The notes beneath the pieces are model-generated. The model saw only the letters and a program-made list of their open reading frames with translations, did no database searches and had not been told where the DNA came from. Shown piece by piece: positions 19,919 through 27,794 of a stretch of 64,000 bases of DNA. The position numbers were made by a program, and so were the translations under genes. Each line of letters begins with the position of its first letter. The first letter of the stretch is position 1. The stretch is from IMG/VR virus record IMGVR_UViG_3300036784_000146, positions 79,611-143,610 of that record. The stretch is one strand, 5' to 3'. This stretch comes from a virus (lineage: Duplodnaviria; Caudoviricetes).

Positions 19919-19944
19919 CTCCTGTTGAATACCGGTGTTAACTT
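19915..19944 (+). promoter_or_regulatory. SigA-like promoter (TTGACT-18 bp-TAACTT, extended TG)
   Basis: -35 at 19915-19920, -10 at 19939-19944; ATG 19951 sits at the expected +1 (leaderless). Confidence 0.6.
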
Positions 19945-19950
19945 CTGATC

Positions 19951-20061
19951 ATGATCGTTGGTCTGGACTTCCTTGCTGTCGCAATCCTTGTGGCCGTAGT
20001 GATCTACCTCGACCGTCGTGTGGCGCGATCGGTGCAAGCCGACCGCAACCCCGTCGCCTGA
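19951..20061 (+). CDS. 36-aa single-pass membrane peptide
   Basis: MIVGLDFLAVAILVAVVIYLDRRVARSVQADRNPVA; lies between a promoter and a terminator-like hairpin; not in the ORF track. Confidence 0.55.
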   Translation: MIVGLDFLAVAILVAVVIYLDRRVARSVQADRNPVA

Positions 20062-20089
20062 CTCGTCGAGTAGCGCGCGTCTCACGCCG

Positions 20090-20120
20090 CGACCGGGGCT
20101 GCCGGTCGATCTCTCTTTTT
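20090..20120 (+). terminator. Putative intrinsic terminator
   Basis: CGACCGG-ggctg-CCGGTCG stem followed by a pyrimidine/T run. Confidence 0.45.
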
Positions 20121-20157
20121 CCCAAACCCAGCTGAAACCCTGGCGTCTTGGGGCTTC

Positions 20158-20211
20158 CCTAGGAATATACCTGTGAGGTAAACTGTTCCTGTAAGTGGAA
20201 GGGAGACACAC
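20158..20211 (+). promoter_or_regulatory. Repeated early promoter/operator, copy 2, plus the GGAGACACAC start motif
   Basis: CCTAGGAATATACCTGTGAGGTAAACTGTTCCTGTAAGTGGAAGGGAGACACAC. Confidence 0.75.
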
Positions 20212-20214
20212 GCC

Positions 20215-21045
20215 ATGACCACCACAATGAAGTACGCCCCCAACGGCAAGACCTACGAGCTTCACCAGTACGAGGACCCGTACCCCGACAAGGGCGCGCG
20301 CGACCGTATTCACCGGCGCGATGACTGCGGGCGCTGCGGCGGCTCGGGCATCTACCGCTGGCACACCTACTACGGCGAGGCGTCCGGCGGCTGCTTCGGC
20401 TGCTGGGGCACCGGCAAGATCGAGCGCAGCTCGGCCGTGTCGACGCTGCGCAAGCACGCCAAGCAGGAGGCCTTGTGGGCCGAGTACGGCGACGAGCTGC
20501 GGGCCTACCACGACGAGCAGGGCGAGATCGCCCGGGCCGCCCAGAGGGCCGCCGAGTTCGCCGAGCACTGGGACGAGGCGCACGCCGAGCAGGACCGCCG
20601 AGCCGCTCTGGTCCAGGGCTTCCTGGGTGAGATCGGCGAGAAGGTCGCCAACATCCCGGTGACCATCCGGTTCGCCAAGTACAACGAGGGTGCCTGGAAC
20701 CGCTCGGCCACCATGTTCATCATCGCCGAGACCGACTCGGGTCAGATCATCAAGATCTCGGGATCCAGCCAGAGCCTGTTCGGCTTGGAGCGGGGCCAGG
20801 AGACGGTGATCCTGAGCGCCAAGGTCAAGGACCACGGCGAGTACCAGGGCCAGCAGCAAACCATCCTGTTCCACGTGAAGATCGACGACTTCGACAAGCG
20901 CGCGGCGCGCTGCATGGCCTACGGCATCACCGAGTGGGAGGACGCCGTCGACCGCGAGATGCGGCCCGAGGAGCGCGAGCGTTTCGAGGCCTACGTCGAG
21001 GCGCAACGGGCCGAGTACGAGGACGAGCTGTTGGGAGCGTCATGA
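20215..21045 (+). CDS. Zn-finger (CxxCxGxG x2) plus OB-fold-like hypothetical protein
   Basis: CGRCGGSG and CFGCWGTG motifs; C-terminal 'AKVKDHGEYQGQQQTIL' OB-like strand pattern. Confidence 0.7.
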   Translation: MTTTMKYAPNGKTYELHQYEDPYPDKGARDRIHRRDDCGRCGGSGIYRWHTYYGEASGGCFGCWGTGKIERSSAVSTLRKHAKQEALWAEYGDELRAYHDEQGEIARAAQRAAEFAEHWDEAHAEQDRRAALVQGFLGEIGEKVANIPVTIRFAKYNEGAWNRSATMFIIAETDSGQIIKISGSSQSLFGLERGQETVILSAKVKDHGEYQGQQQTILFHVKIDDFDKRAARCMAYGITEWEDAVDREMRPEERERFEAYVEAQRAEYEDELLGAS

Positions 21046-21266
21046 TCACACCGCGCAAGCCCGAGCACGCCAACAAGCACGAGCACGTCGGCAAGGGCTA
21101 CATGATCGAGCGCAGGCTGATGGGCTATTCCTATCCGCGCAACGGCAACGTGCACAACGCCACCCCTCAGTATCACTGGGTGCTCTATCTCAACGGCAAG
21201 CAAGTGGATTCCGACCCCCGGCGCACCCCGCTGCGTCGGGCCGCACGAAGGGACGATTACCGATGA
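21042..21266 (+). CDS. Hypothetical phage protein
   Basis: ATGA-coupled ORF, 74 aa. Confidence 0.55.
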   Translation: MITPRKPEHANKHEHVGKGYMIERRLMGYSYPRNGNVHNATPQYHWVLYLNGKQVDSDPRRTPLRRAARRDDYR

Positions 21267-21577
21267 CACCAACCAAGGAGAGCCGCTTCGAGCTGCTCTA
21301 CCGCACCAAGGACTCAGCCTTGCGGTACTGGGGAGTCCAGCTGCGGATCGACAAGAACAAGCTGCCCATCGAGCTGGGCACCGACCACACTGCAGGCCTG
21401 GATTGGCTGCACGACAACGGGTTCACCGAGACCCACTGGAACTGGGAGGACCGCCGGTACTTGGGCGGCAACAACGTGTGGGGCAAGACCCAGGAGTTCT
21501 GGGTCTCGGTGGCCTTCCGCAATCCCGAGACTGGGCAGTCGGCCTGGCTCGACTACAAGAGCGAGGAGAAACGCTAG
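21263..21577 (+). CDS. Hypothetical phage protein
   Basis: ATGA-coupled ORF, 104 aa. Confidence 0.6.
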   Translation: MTPTKESRFELLYRTKDSALRYWGVQLRIDKNKLPIELGTDHTAGLDWLHDNGFTETHWNWEDRRYLGGNNVWGKTQEFWVSVAFRNPETGQSAWLDYKSEEKR

Positions 21578-21897
21578 TGAAGAAAGTCCTTCTGGCGCTG
21601 GCCGGGCCGATCATTGCCCTGCTGCTGGCGCCGACAGCCCACGCTGACGTCTTCGACGTCTGCCCCGGCGGTCACGCCGGTGTCGTCGGCGGCCATACCA
21701 GCTGTACGTTCGCCAACATCGTCAGCCAGGTCTACTTCGCCACCCGGTCCAGTCAGTTCGTTGCCTACTCGCCGGTCACCAACCAGAGCTATGTGATGAC
21801 CTGCGTGGGCAGCTACCCGGCCTACTTCACCGACGGCAGCGAACGCATCTCGACACGCTGCTACGGCGGGGATGGTGCCGAGGTGGTGCTTTGGTAG
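21577..21897 (+). CDS. Small secreted Cys-containing protein
   Basis: Signal peptide MKKVLLAL...APTAHA-D; TSCxFA motif typical of small mycobacterial exported proteins. Confidence 0.7.
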   Translation: MKKVLLALAGPIIALLLAPTAHADVFDVCPGGHAGVVGGHTSCTFANIVSQVYFATRSSQFVAYSPVTNQSYVMTCVGSYPAYFTDGSERISTRCYGGDGAEVVLW

Positions 21898-21900
21898 GCG

Positions 21901-21942
21901 ATTAACCTATCAGGTAAACTTATAACTGGAAGGGAGACACAC
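21901..21942 (+). promoter_or_regulatory. Repeated early promoter/operator, copy 3 (divergent), plus start motif
   Basis: AACCTATCAGGTAAACT...TGGAAGGGAGACACAC-ATG. Confidence 0.65.
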
Positions 21943-22149
21943 ATGAGCGACATCCAGATCCAGAGTCATGACACAGGGAAGGAGCCTCAAGGTCCCACCT
22001 GGACCACCGACGAGGCCACCCGTGATTTCGAGTTCATCGGGTTCTTGGCCCCCTTCGTGATGGTCAAGCGCCGCTCCGACGGCAAGCGCGGCTCGTTGGA
22101 GTTCAAGCACAGTCCGCGCGTCTACTTCGACTTCAAAGAGGAGGAATGA
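21943..22149 (+). CDS. Hypothetical phage protein
   Basis: 68 aa; follows the repeated promoter and RBS. Confidence 0.65.
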   Translation: MSDIQIQSHDTGKEPQGPTWTTDEATRDFEFIGFLAPFVMVKRRSDGKRGSLEFKHSPRVYFDFKEEE

Positions 22150-22538
22150 TCATGAAAGTGCTTGTCGCCACCAACATCCCGGGGGTGACTGAGTTCTGCT
22201 ACGTGCCCGAAGGTGAGATCTGCTACGAACAAGCGCTCATCTGCTCAGCGGGCCCGGCCTGTGGGTGTGAGCGTTCGATATCAGGAACCGACACCTCGCG
22301 CGCGACGACGACAGTGAAAGTCGCCGAGGTCGAGCTGGATCACCACGACCTGTTCGACCTGGCCGCGAAGGTTGGCCGAGCGTCCGGCTGGGGCGGGGAC
22401 ATCGTGCTGGCTGGGTTGCAGTCGGCTGTCAAGGTGGCCGAGGGGTTCGACGTCGGCACCGTGCTGGTGATCGACTTCGACTACGACAAAGGGGAGCGCC
22501 TGTACAAGCCCATGAGCCCGGAGGTGGTGGGCGCGTGA
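22146..22538 (+). CDS. Cys-containing hypothetical protein (CGCxRS...ATTT)
   Basis: GAGGAG RBS; resembles a conserved actinobacterial small-protein family. Confidence 0.6.
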   Translation: MIMKVLVATNIPGVTEFCYVPEGEICYEQALICSAGPACGCERSISGTDTSRATTTVKVAEVELDHHDLFDLAAKVGRASGWGGDIVLAGLQSAVKVAEGFDVGTVLVIDFDYDKGERLYKPMSPEVVGA

Positions 22539-22867
22539 GCATCCCGATAAAACACCTTCTGCTGCTGATACTGCCGGGGATCTTCGTCCTGGCCGCTCCG
22601 GTAGCCCATGCCAACCCCATTCTGCATCCCGTCGGCCGCTCCGGTGACCACAGTGTCGCCAACGTGCGCATCGACATCTCTACGATCGACGACCGGTACG
22701 CCTACTCCATGCCTGACGACGCGCCGTCGACGATCTGTGAAGGGCTGCGTCAGGGGCTGGGCGAGACTCATGTGGTCTCGATCGCGGAGAACTCCGGTTT
22801 CCCCCACCTGGTGGCTCAGGCTGCGGTGTTCTCCTCGGAGTTCCACTTCTGCCCGGAGTACTACTAG
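22535..22867 (+). CDS. Secreted DUF732-like protein
   Basis: Signal peptide ending APVAHA; 'ICxxLxxG...FCPEY' signature. Confidence 0.65.
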   Translation: MSIPIKHLLLLILPGIFVLAAPVAHANPILHPVGRSGDHSVANVRIDISTIDDRYAYSMPDDAPSTICEGLRQGLGETHVVSIAENSGFPHLVAQAAVFSSEFHFCPEYY

Positions 22868-23244
22868 CCGTCGGCTAGGCTGTCCTCCGGAGCCCGTGCG
22901 CCTTCCTCGCCCCCCGGGGAGCTGGCGCCGGGCTCTTCAGCTTGCGGCGGGTTCAGAATCGCAGCCAGCTCGGGCCCGATTTGAAACTTCATCCGGCGCT
23001 TGCGGCCGAACCGACGGTGCGTGATCGTCACCGGCAGCTTCTGGATTCCCAGCTCGATCGCGACGTGGATGCGCCGATGTCCCTCTTCGACCACTACGTG
23101 CACACCGTCGGTGGCCAGCTCGATCGGCTCTTTGATCTCGCCGTCCTCCTCGACCCGGCGCAGCAGGTTGCGGTAGACGTGCAGGTCCTGGCAGGTGCGG
23201 TGCGCACGGTAGCGGTACAGTTCGATGGTCGAGATCTCAGGCAT
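22864..23244 (-). CDS. Stand-alone ParB/Srx N-terminal-domain protein
   Basis: 'DGEIKEPI...VVEEGHRRIHVAIELG...LPV' ParB-N motif. Confidence 0.75.
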   Translation of the reverse strand: MPEISTIELYRYRAHRTCQDLHVYRNLLRRVEEDGEIKEPIELATDGVHVVVEEGHRRIHVAIELGIQKLPVTITHRRFGRKRRMKFQIGPELAAILNPPQAEEPGASSPGGEEGARAPEDSLADG

Positions 23245-23669
23245 TAGGTACTCCTTGGAAAGCGGCGCAGGACATCGTCAACATGGTCCAATCCTCGCAG
23301 GTGGATTCGTAAAATCATCTGCTCTTCGGCGCCGGGGACCGGAATCCGAAAAGTTGCCAACACGCCGTGACGATATACCGGCTCCAAATAACCGAAGTCA
23401 CGCCACAACTCAGAGTGACGCTTCCAGTAGCAAGCCTTGGATGTGCCTCCGTTGCAGGGCACAGGAAGGTTCGCGGCTATCGCGCATTGGTCAGCGCTCA
23501 GTCCGTCGTAGAGAGGGTCACGATTACCCACCCGGGCATGGGCAAGCAGAAGGGCAAAACGCTGGCCGTTTCGGTATCGCTGATTGATCCGGGCCGACTT
23601 CCAGCTAGTCAGCGGATCGTTCCTCCGAGCGGGCCAAGAGTCCTCCGGAAAGAGCGAATGTACGGTCAT
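23244..23669 (-). CDS. Putative winged-HTH DNA-binding protein (ARxxDPxTS family)
   Basis: AAGGAGG RBS; 'ARRNDPLTS' and 'WKRHSEL...GYLE' motifs. Confidence 0.6.
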   Translation of the reverse strand: MTVHSLFPEDSWPARRNDPLTSWKSARINQRYRNGQRFALLLAHARVGNRDPLYDGLSADQCAIAANLPVPCNGGTSKACYWKRHSELWRDFGYLEPVYRHGVLATFRIPVPGAEEQMILRIHLRGLDHVDDVLRRFPRST

Positions 23670-25618
23670 GGGGCCTCCTTCAGTCGGTTCCAAAAATCCC
23701 GATCGTCACCAAAGATCAAATACTCACCATTGTTGTCCTCGCTGGGCCGGGCGAAGTCGGGTAGTGCCACTACCTCGCTGGTCCCCAACGTGGCCTCAGC
23801 CAGCTGGCGCCGGTACTCGCAGACCCCGGCGATGCGCTCCTCGATCGAGTCCTCGGTGACGTAGGTGTAGGCCGTCAGCCCGGCCATCTCCGAGTCGCTG
23901 CGGTGGATCCGGTTGATCCGCTGCTGGTAGTCGTCGTAGCTATAGGGGCACTCGTACTGGATGCAGTAGCGGGCCTCCTGCATGTTCAGGCAGTATGCCC
24001 CGGCGTCCGAGGACAGGAACAGCGTGATGCGGGCGTCCCGCTTGAAACGATCTTGAGCCTGTTGGGACTCCTTCTCGGACTGGCCGGTGCCGTAGTGCAC
24101 GACGTGGCTGATCTTGCGCTTGTCCAGCTCGCGCGACAGGATCAGCAGCCCCAGGTTCGTCCACTTGCTGAACGCGATGACCTTGTCCCCGGCGTCGGCG
24201 ATCGACTCCACCTGGTCGAGGAAGTACTCCACCTTCGCCGAGTGCCGCGAGGTGATCAGCGATGGGAACTCCGCGCACAGGAACCGGGCTATCGGCGAGG
24301 TGGAGTGCATCAGGGCTTCGGGGGTGTTGCACACGTAGCGCTGCACCAGTGCGTAGGGCGCCATCGGCTCCTTGGCGCGCTTGGCCTCCCGAGCAAGGTA
24401 TTCGATGGCCCCAAGCAGCTCGCGGTCCTGGTCGCTCATCTGGATCGGCACATACTCGACGTCCAGGGGCGGGAAGTATTCGCGCATGCCGGGGTCGCCC
24501 TTGCGGACGTTCTGAACGCGGTCGGCTACCCGGTGACGCACCTCGTGCAGTGCGGCGAGGTCCCAGTCGTACTCGACGGTGGTGAACTCCCCGCCCGCGC
24601 GGGTGTTGCGCCGGTAGGTGCGCTTCTTGATTGCGCCGAACTGGTCGCGCTCGACGTAGCGGTTCTCGAAGTCCTCCACGGTGCCCAGCGGGTTGTCGCG
24701 GGTCTGAGTCAGCGCGAACAGGCTGCGGTAGCGCAGCGGGTTGGATCCCACGATCGAGGCGGTCATCGGCCAGATGGTGGCGTGACACTCTTTGATCAGG
24801 GCGTCTAGCGCCTTGCGGGCCTGGGTCTTGGCCGAGCCGGTCAGCACCTGCTGCACCTCGTCGAGCACGAACAGCACCTTGTTGCCTCGGGTGATCTGGG
24901 AAACTTCCTCGTAGTCGAAGCGGGGCTTCTCGTAGTTCATGACGAACACGTCGGTGTCCCCACCGGCGGTCTTGGCCGTCCAGTATCCGTTGCGGCGTTT
25001 GGCCTTGGTGCCGTCGTTGACGAACGCTTGAAGGTGGGTGGTGTCGGTGAAGAAGTTGCGCAGGTTGATCTTGTGCCGGGGCATGGTGAACGCCAGCACC
25101 AAGTCGATCTCGCCTCTGTTGACCAGCTCCTGAGCCCCTGCGCAGGCGAACAGGGACTTACCCGCCCCGGCACACCACCCGGGCACGGTGAGGCGCTCAG
25201 AGGCCTTCTGAGCCCGATTCCGTTCGAGCGCACGCTGCAGACCGAACTGCTGATAGGGCCGCAGCTCCTTGCCGTGCGGGCAGGTGAAGCCGTCAATCTT
25301 CAGCTCTTGCTCCCACCGGGCGTATCCATCCAGTACCTCCATGGCGCCGGACCCGTACACGGTGATCCACCCATCGCCATGCAGCTGCTCCATGAAGGAG
25401 GCGAAGAGATGGTGTTCGTTGAGGACCATGAACCGGCTGACCCAGTTGTCCTCGATGCCGTAGCGCTCGAAGAAGGACTGCCGGTCGTCGTCGAAGGGCT
25501 GGAACACCAGGGTGCCCGGGAAAGACTTGGACTGCTCGATGATGACGATGGTGTCGAGGTCAATGAGGGGATCAGCCGCCAGCAGCTCGATCTCCGCCTC
25601 AAGACTGGTGTGTGTCAC
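23666..25618 (-). CDS. SNF2-family (SF2) helicase/ATPase
   Basis: 'LRPYQ', GAGKS Walker A, LDEVQ, MTAS, SAKVE, 'LNMQEA', 'QRINRIHR'. Confidence 0.9.
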   Translation of the reverse strand: MTHTSLEAEIELLAADPLIDLDTIVIIEQSKSFPGTLVFQPFDDDRQSFFERYGIEDNWVSRFMVLNEHHLFASFMEQLHGDGWITVYGSGAMEVLDGYARWEQELKIDGFTCPHGKELRPYQQFGLQRALERNRAQKASERLTVPGWCAGAGKSLFACAGAQELVNRGEIDLVLAFTMPRHKINLRNFFTDTTHLQAFVNDGTKAKRRNGYWTAKTAGGDTDVFVMNYEKPRFDYEEVSQITRGNKVLFVLDEVQQVLTGSAKTQARKALDALIKECHATIWPMTASIVGSNPLRYRSLFALTQTRDNPLGTVEDFENRYVERDQFGAIKKRTYRRNTRAGGEFTTVEYDWDLAALHEVRHRVADRVQNVRKGDPGMREYFPPLDVEYVPIQMSDQDRELLGAIEYLAREAKRAKEPMAPYALVQRYVCNTPEALMHSTSPIARFLCAEFPSLITSRHSAKVEYFLDQVESIADAGDKVIAFSKWTNLGLLILSRELDKRKISHVVHYGTGQSEKESQQAQDRFKRDARITLFLSSDAGAYCLNMQEARYCIQYECPYSYDDYQQRINRIHRSDSEMAGLTAYTYVTEDSIEERIAGVCEYRRQLAEATLGTSEVVALPDFARPSEDNNGEYLIFGDDRDFWNRLKEAP

Positions 25619-25625
25619 CCAGCCA

Positions 25626-25650
25626 TTATAGGTAACTTAGGGCAAGAGGA
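25626..25650 (-). promoter_or_regulatory. Leftward promoter with a TATAAT -10 for a probably leaderless SNF2 operon
   Basis: Minus strand reads ...TAAGTTACC-TATAAT-GGCTGG-GTG start. Confidence 0.6.
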
Positions 25651-25810
25651 AAGCCCCGGGGTTGTACATCCCCCAGGGCTCTCTCTTTCACCCAACCACC
25701 ACACCGAGGTCAACAGACTACCAATCCACATCTTGTGGTGTCCACGGGTTTTACCACAAGATGCAGGTGAGGGTTGCAAATGCGTAATTACAGGCGTAGA
25801 ACAAATGACT

Positions 25811-25843
25811 GAAGCCCCCGACCCGGAAAGATCTGGGGGCTTC
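25811..25843. terminator. GC-rich inverted repeat / terminator-like hairpin
   Basis: GAAGCCCCC-N15-GGGGGCTTC. Confidence 0.5.
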
Positions 25844-26264
25844 AGTACACGCTTTGGACGCAGCGCCGAGTATATCTCAGGCCTGCCCGATTCTGAAAGG
25901 GCACCCCCGGCGCTTTCTTGGGCAAGTTCCGCCATCTAAACCGAACCGCTCAACAACCGGCCTGATAACTGCAGCATTCAGACCATCCCGCTCCACCTCG
26001 TGTCTATTCGGACCCGGGGCTACCGGTGCTGCTGTGGGATCGCTTTTTGCCCATTTCAAGCCGCCACCGCGTGGGGGAGGAGGGGGGTTTGGGGGGAGGA
26101 GGGGGCGTGGCGGGGCGCGGAGCACAATGAGGGATTGCTTTTAGACGACCGGAGTCGTCAGACCCTCAAGATAGGGTCTCCCACCAGGCAGCAAACCCCC
26201 AGCAAACAGGCTGGCTTTAGACCTCCATTAGGTGTAAATTAGAGGTCGGAAGGAGACACACACT

Positions 26265-27794
26265 ATGGAGTTCACCCCCACAGCAGAGCAGCAGGCGGTC
26301 ATCGATGCCGCACAGACCGGGGCCAACCTGGTCATCCAGGCCGGGGCAGGAACCGGCAAGACCTCAACCCTGCAGATGGTCGCCGAGGCACGCCCGCGCG
26401 TGAGCCTCTACGTGGCCTATAACAAGTCGATCGCCACCGACGCGGCCACCAAGTTCCCCTCGCTGGTGAAGTGCAAGACCTCCCACTCGCTGGCGTTCGG
26501 CGCGGTGGGGCGCAAGTTCAGCCACCGACTCAACAGCGCGCGGCGCCCGTCGTGGGAGCTGGCCAAGGACATGGGTCTGGGCTGGCTGAAGCTGGGCCGT
26601 GACATCCGGGTGGCACCACACCAGCAGGCCCGCATCGCGGGCGACACGGTGCGCCGGTTCTGCTACTCGGCCGACGACGAATTGGGAGCGGCCCACGTCC
26701 CGTTCCAGAACGGCATCGCCGGGCGCAACCACAACGACCTGGTTGCCCGGATCCTGCCGCTGGCCCGCGACTGGTGGAACGACGTCAACAGCATCGATGG
26801 CACGATGCCCTTCGAGCACGATCACTACCTGAAGATGTGGGCCTTGGAGGATCCCGACCTGTTCGTGGACATCGTGTTCCTCGACGAGGCGCAGGACTCC
26901 AACCCGGTGCTGGCCAAGCTGATCGCCGCCCAGGAAGCCCAGCAGATCGTGGTGGGGGACTCCTGCCAGCAGATGTACGCCTGGCGGGGCGCGGTGGATG
27001 CCCTCTCCGGCTGGAAGGACTCCAAGGAGCTGTTCCTCAAGCAGTCCTGGCGGTTCGGGGAGGCCATCGCCGATGAGGCCAACAAGTGGCTGGCCCAGCT
27101 GCCCACTCCGTTGGAGCTGATCGGCAACCCGCACCTGGACTCGACGCTGGACGAGCTGGAAGACCCGGCCGCCATCCTGTGCCGGACCAACGCCGGGGCG
27201 ATGGGCGCCGTGCTGGGATCCATGGAGGCCAACAAGAACGTCTCGCTGGTGGGTGGCGGGGAGCAGCTGGCCCGCCTCGCCAAGGCATGCGCGGACCTGC
27301 GGGCGGGCAAGAAGACCTCCCACCCCGAGCTGTTCGCCTTCGACTCCTGGGACGAGGTGGCCCGCTACGCCAAAGAGGAGGCTTCCGGATCCGACCTGCG
27401 CCCGCTGGTGAACCTGATCGACGAGCACGGCACCGACAAGATCATCGAGGCCACCCAGAAGCTGGTGAGCGAGGCCAACGCCGACGTGGTGGTGTCGACG
27501 GTCCACAAGGCCAAGGGCCGCGAGTGGGACACGGTGGCCGTGGCCGGGGACTTCTTCGAGCCGCGTTCGGTGGAGGGGGCCGACCCGGTTATCGGCGAGT
27601 CCGAGGCGATGGTGGGCTACGTGGCGGTGACCCGGGCCAAGATGGTGCTGGACCGCTCCAACCTGGCCTGGATCGACGACTTCGTCGACCCGCCGGAGGT
27701 CGACCCGGTGGCCGAGGACGACTACGACGAGGGCATCGATCCCCAGGTCCTCGACGAGATCTACGCCCTTCCCTCCGCCGAGAAGGAGGACTGA
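26265..27794 (+). CDS. UvrD/Rep-like SF1 helicase
   Basis: AGAGTGKT, LDEAQD, VGDxxQxxYxWRGA, SWRFG, STVHKAKGREW, YVAVTRA. Confidence 0.93.
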   Translation: MEFTPTAEQQAVIDAAQTGANLVIQAGAGTGKTSTLQMVAEARPRVSLYVAYNKSIATDAATKFPSLVKCKTSHSLAFGAVGRKFSHRLNSARRPSWELAKDMGLGWLKLGRDIRVAPHQQARIAGDTVRRFCYSADDELGAAHVPFQNGIAGRNHNDLVARILPLARDWWNDVNSIDGTMPFEHDHYLKMWALEDPDLFVDIVFLDEAQDSNPVLAKLIAAQEAQQIVVGDSCQQMYAWRGAVDALSGWKDSKELFLKQSWRFGEAIADEANKWLAQLPTPLELIGNPHLDSTLDELEDPAAILCRTNAGAMGAVLGSMEANKNVSLVGGGEQLARLAKACADLRAGKKTSHPELFAFDSWDEVARYAKEEASGSDLRPLVNLIDEHGTDKIIEATQKLVSEANADVVVSTVHKAKGREWDTVAVAGDFFEPRSVEGADPVIGESEAMVGYVAVTRAKMVLDRSNLAWIDDFVDPPEVDPVAEDDYDEGIDPQVLDEIYALPSAEKED

